A stretch of 63,151 nt of DNA, counting the filler, from Sphacelaria rigidula (taxonomy: Eukaryota), in the NCBI GenBank assembly GCA_964200075.2. It is 11 parts of 11 records of this genome, joined end to end, with 100 filler letters (N's around TTAATTAATTAA, not from the genome) between each part and the next. Parts side by side here need not be neighbours in the genome. Positions count along the whole stretch, not along the records: positions 34,504 to 40,153 come from CAXNAA020025564.1; positions 40,254 to 45,903 come from CAXNAA020025565.1; positions 46,004 to 51,653 come from CAXNAA020025566.1; 8 more parts are not named here. One strand, written 5' to 3'. Below are positions 36,300 through 49,522 of the stretch, in pieces; the first letter of the stretch is position 1; each line of letters opens with the position of its first letter. Below the pieces are notes generated by a model, which saw only the letters and a program-made list of their open reading frames with translations, was not told the DNA's origin and did no database searches. A program made the position numbers and the translations under genes.

Positions 36300-38600
36300 C
36301 ATCCTGTCTTCTCAAAACGGTATCGTGTTGTCGTCACGTCGAGATACCTCCCATGAAATCAAGCCAAAGCATGTAAGTTCCGTGCTCCCCTTGATTTCAT
36401 GGCCAAAACTACAAGACTACTTTGTGCGGCACAGGCCTAAATGTCAGAGAACCTTGGAGCGACGGTCGAAGTTCATCATGGGTCACTCTCGACGCACCAT
36501 GGTCGCCTCGAATCCACGAACACACCCCTACCTATGATCTGCACCCATAGGCCATCGAGTAGCTGGGGACTGAAACCTCAGGAAACAGTCGGCTGTCTCC
36601 TCATGAGCAAGAAGTCGAACAAACACTCAAGGCTCGAAGCGTACGGTCAAATCTTCCAGTCACATGGTTTGTCTCGAGTTGTATCAGCACAAAAATAGCC
36701 CCTGAAAACGCCATCTTGTCCCGAAGAACAAAAAGTCCTCATCATCATATATGATTGCCCCAACAGTCTCCCATATCTTACCGGGAAACTGTCGGGCACA
36801 TGGTTGGCATCGAATCAGACAGCTCGCAAGTACGCAGTTTATTGTTTTGGGATGATTCACGTACCACTCACTAGGTAATCAAGAAGGGTGTTATCTTACA
36901 TGTAATCTACTTCAACCAGTGTAGATTTCTGGATACTCTCTGCATGCTTGACCACCCTACAGCCAGAAACAGCAGAAGACGTGCAAAACACGGGACAGGT
37001 CTTGGATAGCACTGCAGCATTAGAACGACCACGTACATCGGCCCCCAACCTAGCAACCGCTCATCACTTACTACCCCCACAGTCAAGTGGCGCCACCTAG
37101 TGCGACGAAGAATCCTCCTGGGCCCTCGCCCCGAACACACCACTGGAACCGCCTCTCACAGCCACAGCCGCAAAGACTTTTCCCGATGAAAGTGTTGAGG
37201 CACCTCGAGTGGTTTTATACGCTGCATGCCTTTTTACGTTCACGTGAGGATGTGGAGACTGTATACTGGACAGTGCACATCGCCCCATCAGGCTCTGACA
37301 CACGCTCGTGGGGCTGGCACCCTCCTAGTTTTTCTTCTGTGTTGGGCCAAAGACACGCGCGCGCAAAGCCTCCGCGGATACTATAATATGCTCCTTGACA
37401 TCCAGCTATCCTTCATAACGATTATAACATTAGACTCTCGCCTGCCTCGCCTTCAGAGTTTAGTGCAAAGAACTACACACCGATTATGATCCTACAACCA
37501 ATCGGAAGTTTTATCCTCAAAGTTGGAGATTTAAGCACCCTTGTCTACTGTACCGTGCTGCTGACCAAACGCGTCTATATTAGAAAGGCTGTAGTTATTA
37601 TCTGAGATTATGTGGTGGGTATGGTATAAGCGTTAGTGCACTTGCTAAACAGACGTCTCGAAAAAATCAAGAATGCCATGTCTTTGCTGTGAGCATACAT
37701 GCATGGGGTGGTCAAAACTGACGAGCAGAGCACCTATACCTTACAGACCGCAGCTCCAAACACTGCCTCATCTACCAAATGGGAGTTCCCTTCCTTGCAC
37801 ACGCATGAGCAATGTGCATTATTGTAGTTGCCGCTACGCCCAGCGCACACTCAGTCCTCCGTCTGCATCACAAAACCAGAAGGCTACGCCCGAAAATGAA
37901 AAGGCTGCTAGTCCATCCACAGTAACAGACGAATCCTTGCCAGATACACTCTCGTGCATGGTGTCATGAGCGTAGAAGCGGCCAGATGCCAGTTCGTCCA
38001 AGGCTCACTCAAGCCATGCTTGCGGCGAGTCTCCAACTCGCGGAAAGAGGATTTTGTGGTTTTCGACCCATCCCGATGTATACACTTGACGTATCACGTA
38101 TAATCCAAGGTTGATGAAAGGTTCTGCGAGGCTGACAAGAAGAAGAACGAGCACTACCCTCAGGAGACCCTATCCCTTGTACCTTAACACCAGACTTGAA
38201 CGCATTTACTTGCACAGTTCCCCAGCACATGTTCATGCTGCTGGATGGCCGAAAAACACGAGACTTGAAATCCCGCCGATCTCCCGTGGAAACCCTGGAC
38301 TTGTAAACTCGTTGGCCCCCCGTCGGTGACATCTGCGCTATGTCCACTGACGTACTCCGCTCCAGGCACTCTCCGAGCGTAGCCTGGTGTGGAGGACTCC
38401 CCGCTGTCAGCCACCAACATATTGGCTGTTTTACCTTGTTGCGCCAACGGACTCTCGTGAAGGTGTTTCATTGACGCGCAGACCATGCCGCGTAGCTCTT
38501 CGTTGTTGCTGTGAAGTCGGCTCAGCGCTTGTTCCAAAATAGTGGGAGCGCTACCCGTCCCTTGCTTTGTCCCTGGACTTGTTCATGTCACTGTAGGGGA
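36300..38600 (-). mobile_element. Highly decayed Ty1/copia-like gag-protease relic
   Basis: Fragments (S)TGDRRDFKS, DSPQAW, a degenerate knuckle QCY..FAR and protease-like CADT..TNHVTG occur in Copia order; many frameshifts. Confidence 0.4.
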
Positions 38601-41449
38601 TTACTCTGCACTGTCGGACGATGAACGCTAGCGTATTCGGTAATCGGTGATTGATCCAGGCAGCTCGTCTTTTCTCAAGTAAGGGTCATGGTTCGGGAAT
38701 GTGGGAAGGGAAGGAGGTGAAAAGCAGGAATGACCCCTGTGGGGTCGCGTGACTGCAAACACCTCAAGGACCGAGCTCGGCTCATCCGAATTGTCATTTA
38801 CTAGAAGGATTTCATCCAAAAAGACGCTTCTTTAGTGCGCCTTTCGGGCTCAATTCTTCGAACACGGCAATTTGACAAACCAACCACCACAGGAAACTTC
38901 CTCTGAAACATTTCCACGGAACATCCGGTCATAGTATTATTCAGTCGCCCGAATAATATTCTACACCCACAGACACGGTTGATATATGAGTGACCAAATC
39001 ATCACCATCATGCAACACCGTGCACCATAAAGCCTTGAGAAGTAGTACTCAGCGCGATTTTCTCACACGTTTCTCTTTTGCCATATATGTGCAAGTCTCC
39101 AGTATGAATGTATTGGTACTCAGCCGCACGCATGTGTGCAATTTGACACGGTGCTATTTGATACAGAACCAGGAACCCGTACTTTTTTAACCCCGTGACG
39201 CGTAGGCAATTTGCTGAGTAGTTATTTGCACCTGATAAAGCCGGTATAAGGCGCAGATGACCCACCTTGGCGGTCAAATAGTTAGAGGTTAACTTAACAT
39301 CTGGAGAGCCGACACCGATACCGCGACGATGTTTTGCACCGCACACCGCATACTTCGTGCCTCAGCAAGCTCGACTCCCTCATTCGCCAAATACGTCGTT
39401 GAGCTGCGGATCAGTTACAACCAACGGCTGCCAACACTGCGTCGCGAAGCCCGAAACGCGCGGATGGTACTCGCCATGGTATCTGAAGGTGCACCGTGCG
39501 TGCTTTAGATAGTACTAACGAGTACGAGCTGGGCCGCCCAAGAAGCCCAATTTCATTCGGCCCGTTCTAACTGACGATCTATCGCGAGTTGTGCCGATCA
39601 TGACACATGGTGGTAACCTGCAGATCAACGCGCGTCTTTCAATCCACGTAGCACTGCGGTCTGACAAGTTCCCATCAAAAGAAATACCAAACTTTAGTCA
39701 CCTGCGAAGTAGAGAGAGTTGACGGTGACATGTGCGGCGGAATTAGATGAAAGAGACGGCTGAAATCGAATTTTGGGTTACAGTCAGTTGTGCCGCGGCC
39801 GCAAGTCGTGGTGTAGCAGAAAGTTGTGGTTGTACAACCATGTATGTCGTACTGTAGGCGCGCAGTGTCCAAGATGGCACGAGGCCCCTAGTGCGCCAAG
39901 GCGTCTGGTAGTAGTGTGCGAACCGGCGAGCAAGGGGTGGAGAGAGCTTGTAGAGAGCGTCAAAACTCCGGGTGAGGTTGGACTAAAGCACGTCAACCGG
40001 ATTTCGACAGAAAAACGCGGTTGCGCTGTTCAATTTCAAGTTATGTCCTATAATTGTTTTGACCCGATGTGCATGAGGTATATGCTAGGAACCTACTCTT
40101 CGACACAACAAAAAAAAAACACACCAAACAACCAACAACCCCCCCCACCCAACNNNNNNNNNNNNNNNNNNNNNNNNNNNNNNNNNNNNNNNNNNNNTTA
40201 ATTAATTAANNNNNNNNNNNNNNNNNNNNNNNNNNNNNNNNNNNNNNNNNNNNGGGGGGGGGAGTCCTGCGTGTACTCATTTGTTGCTTGCCTGAGTCAT
40301 TTGACCATTGACCACGCATCCCTTTCGAGGCGGAGCATTTTGGGGAGGAGGGGGGGGGTTATCGTAGAAAGTGTCTAAAGAAGACCCCCACACGAGACAA
40401 GTGCTCCTTCACCCCGACGGAGCACCAGTGCCAGCGAATCGGTGCTACCAGTACGAGATGACCGTAGAGGCTGATTCGGCCGAGTAGATATTCCACCTCT
40501 GCCGACGCCATACGGGCGGCAGAAGTCACCCCCTATCATTCGTTGCGTGATTTGTCGGTGCACTTCGTGCACGCAAGGGTTCATTATCGCGTCCGAACTC
40601 CACATGCCAAACGAACGCCTGCACAAAGAGTCTCCCCGTATTTGGAAGTCGGGACACGTGGTCACGCATGCCACGCTTGGGGTGTTGGATCGTATTTACC
40701 TCTGTGGCACGAGGTAGAAAGTGTGCGGCAATCGTCGTTCTTCCTCCCCTCGCAAGAAGCGGAACCTGGACATTTTTTGCTTCTGGGAGACCACCACAAG
40801 TGCTGATATTTGCCGCAATGTTCAATGAAATGCCAAACTCCAGGTACAAGTGTAAGGGTGGCAGAAAAAGACGACGGAAGCACGCATAGGCCTTCGGCAT
40901 TGGCAACCACAACGTGTGCAACTTTTGCGGCAAATCACATGGCCGGAATTCGAAAGCCACTCTGGTCCCCAAAAATACGTCTAGGTAGACGTGAATTATC
41001 GTTCCCGATTCTTTATAGATCGCGAAATTGGAATCCGCATTCATGAAGGAAGCTTGTACTTCGGCACCACTTTTGCCATTTTTTTCAAGAATTCCTTCAG
41101 ATCGACCAGCTACCGGCGAGAGGGGACACCGAAGCTGACACGGAGAATAGAGGATACTCATTTCACGGTTCGGAAGGCTCTTGTCGGAAATGTTGTCTGA
41201 GTGGCGTGCACATGCTGCCTTGATGTGCACGCCAATCTCACGTTGGCTTTTTTCGTTTTGCAGTTGAATTTGGCGCGAATCATTCGAATTTGAAGATTGT
41301 TCGACAATGCGCGGCAGATGATAATCCATCAGGGGGTCTATCGCTCGATATTCGCGGGTTCAACACGTACTGATATACACCCCAACGGTCATTAGTCAAA
41401 TTTCGAATACATGCCGCCTGATGACGAATATGAAACACACGAACGTCGT

Positions 41450-42076
41450 CTAGCTAGGTTGGAACAGGGATTGCGGGGTGGGGCAGGGGAGAGTAAAAAG
41501 GTCGTCCTCGAGAATGCTATCTGCTGTAGATTGGGGGTCTTGTCTCCCGTCTTGGTCTAAAACGTAAGAATGGTGATGCCCGTGGCTATGATGATAGTGG
41601 AATCGTTGGAATATTTGAATTATCAGCAGCGGAGGGGAAAGCATTCTCTAATCACAACATGAGGCATTTTTCAAGTGAAGATGACGTCGATTGAAGCGAT
41701 CCAATACTCCTGGACAACAGCAACAACAACAACGAACAACAATAGTAACGACAACAAAAGATGAACAAAACAGGCGTGGGGGATAAAAAAATCAAAAACA
41801 GCATCAAGCTACAACACGCTTGCTTGCCAAGATACTGAACTTGCGCTCTTCGTCGCGCACTCGTACTCATATAAAGTAATACTCACAGCCGTGTTGTTGG
41901 ATGTCCCGCTTTTCTTCGCTTTCGCTCCGACGCCGTTTCCTGCTTAGTCCGAACTTCGCCCCCAGCATCACCACGCGGGCCACTGCACGCCATTTCCTCT
42001 TGGCATTGAAAGCTTTCAGGCGTGTGATGGTGCCTGACAGATGCGCGTCTCGCGCCGTGTGTTGTTGCGCTACCCA
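41450..42076 (-). CDS. Ca2+/calmodulin-dependent kinase-like protein, last two exons (41887-42076; 41450-41556)
   Basis: WV..HLSGTITRLKAFNAKRKWRAVARVV matches the CaMK autoinhibitory/CaM-binding segment. cag|TGG acceptor, GTGAGT donor, phase-1 join to a terminal exon ending FQPS*. The kinase domain itself is not in this contig. Confidence 0.72.
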
Positions 42077-42579
42077 CTGCAATCCACAGATGTAACATCA
42101 CGGCGAAGGAGGGGGCGGGTTACCCCCTCTCGAGTGCAGGGACAAGTGGCCCAGCCATGACAGTTCAAGCACGTTCCAGTATCATTGAGGTTTGCTCACG
42201 CGTCGAATAATGATGCATGCCGTAAGTGACTGCCAGTCATCATCTACCTTCTCACGAGGGGGTTGGTAGCCTACTACATGTGCCCGTAATGTTTGTTGCC
42301 GAAGTAGCCCTGCTAGAAAAATGACGGACAGCTACAGCCAACATATTGGATAGATGAACTAATAGTCATGTGAAATGGGTCTTCAAAAGTTCAAAGAGCT
42401 ACGAAACCACGATATGTGTCAACAACGAGGCTTCCTCGCACAAAGCCGTGCTGTGCGGCGATTTTCGTCCTCAATCTCCTCCATAACGAAGTGTTGTCGT
42501 GGACCGGGGTTCGGTCCATTAGCCTCATACCTCTATCTCCTTTTTCCCTGTGACGGGGACGTGTAGTACCCTCTCGAGG

Positions 42580-42960
42580 ATGCTCTTGAGACCGTGCTCC
42601 AGTTTACTTCAAACTGCTCCGTGCTCGAATAACATGATGGAGACATCTATCGCTTTCACAAGGCCCACTTACCGATGATTCGATTATCCGTTGATAGGTA
42701 ACAAGCTCGACGGTCGTAGGAGTGCTGAAGTTACTGAATAGGGGATGCTTTCATCTTCTCCTACTGATGACCGCTTATTTCTCTCCTGGGTGGGCGTGGT
42801 TGTGTCGCCGTGAGGGTTTGGTTGGGTTCCCGGGACACGATCATCCCCAGTCGAACAGCGGTAGGGGGTGAAGATGACAGAACTGCTGGCGATGTCTGTC
42901 GCTCTGGTAAATTGGGCAGGCGTCCGAACATTCAAAGTACGGAGTCTCCTACATCGTTGT
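42580..42960 (-). mobile_element. Possible decayed LINE AP-endonuclease 5' fragment
   Basis: RTLNVRT motif, then GL(A)VK..I..AR-like remnants. Confidence 0.35.
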
Positions 42961-43299
42961 GATAAATCGCGTCTTGTATGCCATTTGTACCAACGGAAAC
43001 GTGGATGGCCGGTCATCGCTACCAACTGAATTGCACATTGCCATCATGGGGCGCATCGCGAAATGTACACGCTCCTGCAACGAGTAGTTCCCCCGAGGGC
43101 GTGGAGGCTCTCGTGCTTGTGTTGTCAATTCCACACGGTGCAGGCTATTTCCAGCAGATTAGTACGAGATGACCGCAGCCAGCGAGAACTGAATTACTGA
43201 ACAGAAAACAGCGAGGCGGCTAAGTTTTCAAGTCCCCTGGAGGCCACGCCGCACCCAACAGTCCGAGGAGTGTTGAAGACATCGATTACTATGTATAAA

Positions 43300-43621
43300 A
43301 GTAGTTCTCCGCTGAAATAGGGGATTTTTTAGATTTTTTCGTAGACGACAATTTTCATTACTTATTTTGCATACCACCACTCATCCCAGTGAACGCTTGA
43401 TCCCAAAGTTTGGAGATCTGCAGATACTAGACATACGCTCCAGAGCCCGAAACAAAAATCATCTTTGCACTTAATATTGAAAGGCTTACGGGCTGAATTG
43501 ACAGGGGGTGTTATTGTCCGTTTTTGGTTCGCAACACATTTTTTTTCGGCTCTGGCGTAGTGGATAGATGAAGATAAAAAATAAGGATCTGCAAGAATAT
43601 TGATGAGATCGATCGGAGTTG

Positions 43622-43695
<74 letters not shown>

Positions 43696-44237
43696 GTGCT
43701 ATGCAGAGCTCGGCTAGGCAATTTCCGTTTCGAGATACTTTTCTGAATTTTCCCGTGTTGTATTCTTCCGCTCGAAAGTCGCGTTGATCGGTATTGTTCA
43801 AAGAAGCAGGCCGTGCTCAGAAACTCAATCGGTGTTGACGGGGTGATACGCAGTGAATACCTCGTTCATCAGGGGGGTGCTATCGGCCGTCACTGGTCTA
43901 ACACAGTGTTCGGCTCTTGCGCAATGAACAGGTTAAAACTATATTTTTTAAAACATAAAGTTTTCATTTGTTCACGAGAAATCGAGCAAAATTGCCCAAG
44001 GGACAGAATCTGGAGCTGGGTAGTCGTAGGACCCCCGAAAGCTGGTTATCCTAAGGCGTTCAATTTTGAGTGCAGGGATGATTCTACTCCGGAATATGGT
44101 GCGCATGCAGAGTTCCTCCCGATACCCAAACGTTGGGATCGAACGTTCACTGGGATGAGCGATGGCACACGAAAACCTTATTGAACGCAGACTACGAAAA
44201 AGCTATAAAAATTCCCTGTTTCAGCAGAAATCTACTG
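43300..44237. mobile_element. Foldback element with ~200-bp imperfect TIRs enclosing a (CA)n tract
   Basis: 43300-43510 vs 44032-44237 inverted (GCTGAAA(T/C)AGGG, CTCATCCCAGTGAACG, GATCCCAA, AATCATC..TGCACT). TSD not resolved. Confidence 0.65.
43624..43693 (+). repeat. (CA)n microsatellite
   Basis: Seen directly in sequence. Confidence 0.95.
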
Positions 44238-46479
44238 CAGTTCAACTAATGAATTGTCAGTTCAAGATGAATCACTCCCGGGGCTAGTAATGATGCAGCT
44301 GTTTGCTGGAGCGCTCACAGTGCCATTTTCATGACGATTGTTGGTCGAGATGTGAAATATTTACACAAGGTCAGAACATGGGGACGGGGGAGGCAAGAGC
44401 ACAGGAGCCCGTGCCGGTGCCAAAAATTATGCCACCTCCTCCCTACATCTATGCTTTACGAGTTACGTACGAAGTGTCTGGCACGAACTATTCACTCGCC
44501 CCTTCCGCTACCGTAACACCAAGCGTGGATTGCCGCCATCGGAGCACAGTGACGCCTCCCGGACAGCTCGTTGTTTTTCATGATTACACAACATCTTCTT
44601 CTAGGTAGACACTGGGCCAAGCTTGCCGGTAGATTCTCATCTGCCGAGATTTCCCAAACGATATGTATAAGCAGCTGAAAACAACTCTATTATTTGTCTC
44701 GCCGCTTGCCTCACTGCTTCCGTCGGTCGCATGACTGCATCCCGCCGCGGTATCACTCCAGTCTCCACATGTGCGTTCGTGAGTCCTAGTTGGTGTCAAT
44801 CGCAGCACATTCCACCCACCAAACGGTCAATCTTGTTCCACGATTTCGCTTTAGTAAGGCAGTGGAACGAGCTCGCAGATGAGTCTTTTATCTGCGAAGC
44901 TATTCCGGACACCTTGTCGACGAAGGTCCATCCATTATTACCGAAGAAATTCTGAATTCGCGTTCTAACGCCACGCCTTCAGGAATCTGATACGTCGAGT
45001 TGTTCGACAGGCGCCTGGCATGTATTTTTGGACACGTCACAATTATTCGCTTGTAACAGCTGGGGCTTTTCATTGAGGATGAGAACCCGGAGAATTAAAA
45101 TCTTCGTACCCACGCCAATTTTTCGGTATATGGTCCCATTTCTTCACTCACTGGTACTTATTGACGTGACAACTACTAGTCGCCAGACAAATGCGGATTT
45201 CGATAACCGACAGGAACTCGGCGCCGAAATTGGAATGCGCTTTCCAGGGACGTCGAACGTTGCCGGAGCGTCTCTCTTCGACCCTAGTATGAGTGATGCA
45301 CACAGTGCAAGGTGGTGCATGACGGATATTAGAGTACACATTTGCATCGTACATAACGCTAGATAATGGCAGCATCGTGTCTTCGACCAAGTCTACCGAT
45401 GCTGTTCCGTTTCAGGACTCCATCGGAACATGACCCATATGTAGCCTCGGTCGATCGCGAGTCGTCTACCGCACTTCTGTCCATTTTTTTCAGTTTTAGC
45501 TCGAACGCCACGCACTCACCTGAGAAGCGCTTGGCCGTGATGTGAACGCAACACAAAACTGGGGAAGAGAACATGGCACCGATGGAGGGTTCAAGCAGTA
45601 CTCCTCACGGAAGGCATTACGTATTTCAAGGTGTCACGGTGAGTATGAATTGTATAACACCCCGTCTGGCACTGAACAGTGAGACAAAAGATGTTCAAAG
45701 TTTCCATAAGGGTGCATTGTCAGCTATGACTTCAATGCTGGGTCTGAACCCAGACGCTCCTGTTTTGTTCCCAATTTTTTTAGATCCACAGACATGAACA
45801 CTTGCGTGGTTTATACGTATGCTAACTCTACGGCAAACAGTTTCACGGTTAGGACAAATCATCACGACTCGAAATCACCAAATTCACGATTTCTTCGGCC
45901 TGANNNNNNNNNNNNNNNNNNNNNNNNNNNNNNNNNNNNNNNNNNNNTTAATTAATTAANNNNNNNNNNNNNNNNNNNNNNNNNNNNNNNNNNNNNNNNN
46001 NNNATGGACGATTGAAAGAACTTGTATCTTGGCAAACTTGAGCGTATCTTTGATGAAGGGTTCTTTCTCGGTCGTCAGTGCAGTGTGTGGAACACCCCTG
46101 CCAGCTATGCCCACGCTGCCACTCATACGCTTCTGAAGTGCACCGACGGAGATGTCAAAGGTCGTAGCTGCAGCACGGAAGCTAGGACGACCGCTGTGTA
46201 CCGATTATACGGCCTGTGCTGCACGTTCTGCTCTCTGCATGCTTAGCAGCCGATCGACCGAAAAGCTGATTTTGGAGGATGACACATACGCGCTTACTTG
46301 CAGTGCTGTAAGACCGTAATCGGATACTTGAGACACATACAATAGCTCAAACAAAGCGCCGTGCTCTTGTGCACACGCAGAAAAAAACAGAACGGAAAAC
46401 GGTTAATATTTCGCGGAGATATGAACGATTAAAAAACTTGTATCTTAACTGGCTCTGTATCTTAATTGGTACATTTCCC

Positions 46480-46860
46480 TCTATAACACAGCCCGGACAT
46501 AGGCATGAAATAGAGAAGCTAACCCTCCTCTCTATGCATCCTACTATAACACAGCGCGGAAATAGACATGAAATAGAGAAGATATCCCTCCATTTTCGTT
46601 TAACCTACTATGACACAGCCCGGATATAGACATGAAATAGAGAAGCCAACCCTCGTTTCTATTTCACCTACTATAACACAGCCCGGACATAGACATGAAA
46701 TAGAGGAGCTATCCCTCCATTTTCGTTTAACCTACTATGACACAGCCCGGACATAGACATGAAATAGAGAAGCCAACCCTCCTTTCTATTTCACCTACTA
46801 GAACACAGCCCGGACGTAGACATGGAACAGAGAAGCTAACCCTCCTTTTTATGTAACCTA
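46480..46860 (+). repeat. Minisatellite, six ~63-bp units
   Basis: CTA(T)AACACAGCCCGGACATAGACATGAAATAGAGAAGC core with alternating A/B tails. Confidence 0.9.
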
Positions 46861-46869
46861 GAATAACAT

Positions 46870-49520
46870 AACCCTAATGTGTTCCACACGCGCAGGAGAA
46901 TCACCCCTCAGCGCACGACGAAACGCGTTAACGTGGCGATACAGTATGTCACGCAAGCGCTCCGCTTTTGAGACGGTGAGGCCGTTTGCCACAGCATCCG
47001 TCATGATTTCCTCAAGTGCAGCCTTTCGCGCGGACTCTTCTTCCACCGGCTCCATAAACATATCGGGGTCACGCTCCACCAAGCGTTCCACCGCCTCATC
47101 ACGCTCCTCGGACACCTGCCCCCCCGCCTCCTGGAGAGCACCAACCGACAAGCTCACTCTGCGACTGGCCAAAAAAGCAGGCGTCTCGACACTCGAACCG
47201 GGGAACGGCATTTGCGGTTTCAGGGACTCCAACGACCAATCATACGGATCGACTCCGAGTCCCCGAAGAATCGGTAGGCCCAACAGAACGACACCATCCG
47301 TCCCCGGCATGATCGCAAACGATATTGGGGGTAATTTTGCTGGGCCCCAAGTAGTCAGGAACGCCAACTGTAGGGGAATCGTACGTTCCGTCACATTTAT
47401 ACGTTGCCCCGATTCGGTGATGGCCTGCTGCGCCCCGAGCGAGAACGGACTTCGGATTTGCTTACCTGGGAGCAGACGCTCCAGCATCTCCACAATCAGC
47501 ACCGACACGCTCGTGAAGTGGGCGCCTGAATCCAACACCGCGTTGACCGATATAGCTCCCCGCGCCCGTTGATCGGGGAGATATAACTCGGCAGGAACAT
47601 ATTTGCCTTTTGATCCTCGACCGGCACTTGCTCCGCCGACTGATGGGTCGTAATCTCTACTTGGCGCCGCGGCTGCGCGCGCGGCGCAGGCATAGACGCC
47701 CCCGCTGGGGTCACCGGCACCGCCGGCGGGTAAGAAGCTTCACCCGCAGAACCACATTGCAGCGGTACCCCGGCCGACGCAGCGGCGGATCCAAATTTCA
47801 GCTGAAAACCGGCCGGCTCCGCAGCCGGCGTCTCGCCTTGCTCTTCTACCGGCGGTGCCGGCACCGAGCCCGACACTAGAGAGGTCGGTCCCACCTGCAC
47901 CTCCCGTTGTGGAGCAGCAGCTCCTGCGGCTGAGCCGGATCCAGAACCGGACCCCTGCTGCCCCTGCTGCCCCTGCTGCTGCTGCTATTGCTGCTGCTGG
48001 GAACTTGACTGTGCACCTCCACCGCTGGAGGATCCGCCGCCGCCGCCACCCCGACCACCTCGTCTTTAGCCCTTGTGCTGACGATGCTGATCGCGCGCAT
48101 CACTCGTCTGCCCAGACTTACCCTCAGAAGGCGTTGGGCACTTCTGTGCGATGTGACCTACTTGGTCACACTGATAGCACGTAATGTTGGAGGCGGCACT
48201 GTCTGCCGATTTTGATCCCCGGTTAAGTGAGCTCGAAGACTGCGGCGACGAAGAGGATGATTTTCCGAATACTTCGACCCGCCGCCATGCCTGAGCTTCA
48301 GCCACCACGGTATCCATGACTAAATACGGGTCCGACATCCAATTTGTTTCGTGCTGTAACTGTACAAGCACGGCCTGCTTGAATTCTGCCGGTGCCAGAC
48401 CCTCCACCATCGCTTTCGTGACCACCGCAGCGGGCCCTGGACGAAATTTCTCATCGGACGAACAATAAATCATCTCTACGTTGGGATTTTCCAAAAAATA
48501 CGTCTCCAACTTACCCATTATGGGCTCCACCCTCTCACGCATGGTCCTCCCCTTGTGGTTTATTGCGACAGCTTTCGCCACGGCCGCGGACGCCTGAGTA
48601 AGCTCTGACGCATGCCCTGCGTGCTTCTTTATCGCTGCGGCCAACTGCAGCAGCGTTATGGTATACTTTTCGTGGAACCTTCTCGCGAAGATGCGTTACA
48701 AGGGGATAGGCACTAGTTGCGCCATAGGAACCACCTGATGCCTTACCGCACCCCCTGCATTCGCATCGTCCATCCTCCTTTTGTAGTCCACGTAGTTCGT
48801 GTAAAGCGAACGAGAAGCACCCTCAGAATACAAATCCCCGTACCTGGGCGGCCGCAACTCTTCCCTTAGAACGACTGAGGTTATAGTCGTTTCTGTTTGC
48901 TCTATTGTCGGCACCTCAGTAGTCGACATTCTCAAGCGGAAAATCGAATTTCTGAAACCTTCTCGAACTTCAGTTTACACCGGCTTTCTTCGCCGCTCCA
49001 CACAGCCCCGGGGTCCTATAAACACCCGCTGTATGCAGCTCCAGCAAGTCTCCAGTCTGGATCAATCACGGGCCAGCCGCCTTTGCAGCTACCTCTGCTT
49101 AAAACCTTCTCACGCGTCCGTGAAGCTCCATGCCCGAAGCAAATCACAAGCTGTTCAGACCTCTCCCTGCTGAAAATTCTCAGCAGTCTCAAACGATAGC
49201 ACCAACTAGCACACCTAGCACTAGCACTAATATCGATATTGTGACGTCAGCAGGTTGCTAGTACTGCAGCGTGTAAATGCTGTTGAGGGACTTCCCAGTC
49301 CCACTGGCCTCAAGGTCTCAGTTGTCAGCCTTCACAACACGTTTTCATTACCGGCGTAAACACCTGCAGCCTCGTACCTTCAGGGTTAGGCTACACAGCA
49401 AGGATCATCATCCACAGGATCCCCTTGTCCCCTGGTCATCACCTAGATCCACTATATACTCAACCGTGACGGCGGGATTCCGCCACAGGTCTCGGAGGTT
49501 TCCTTCTGGGCACCCTTGCT
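46870..49520 (-). mobile_element. Ty3/gypsy element 5' half (leader, gag-CCHC, protease), 3'-truncated
   Basis: Gag VVLREELRPPRYG.. homologous to the 18224 ORF; CYQCDQVGHIAQKC; protease LDSGA; DEAVERLVER.PDMFM..AFRRALRGD shared with the 20548 ORF; leader motif A(A)GGGGATCCTG shared with 18011. Confidence 0.9.
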
Positions 49521-49522
49521 TT

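Noticed and set aside
43362..43801. CVCVCV ORFs, and ISISIS/VLVLVL ORFs at 57967-58320
   Set aside because: Translations of microsatellites.
46480..46860. CRISPR-like array
   Set aside because: The spacers are not unique (two alternating related types), the context is eukaryotic and there are no cas genes; it is a minisatellite.
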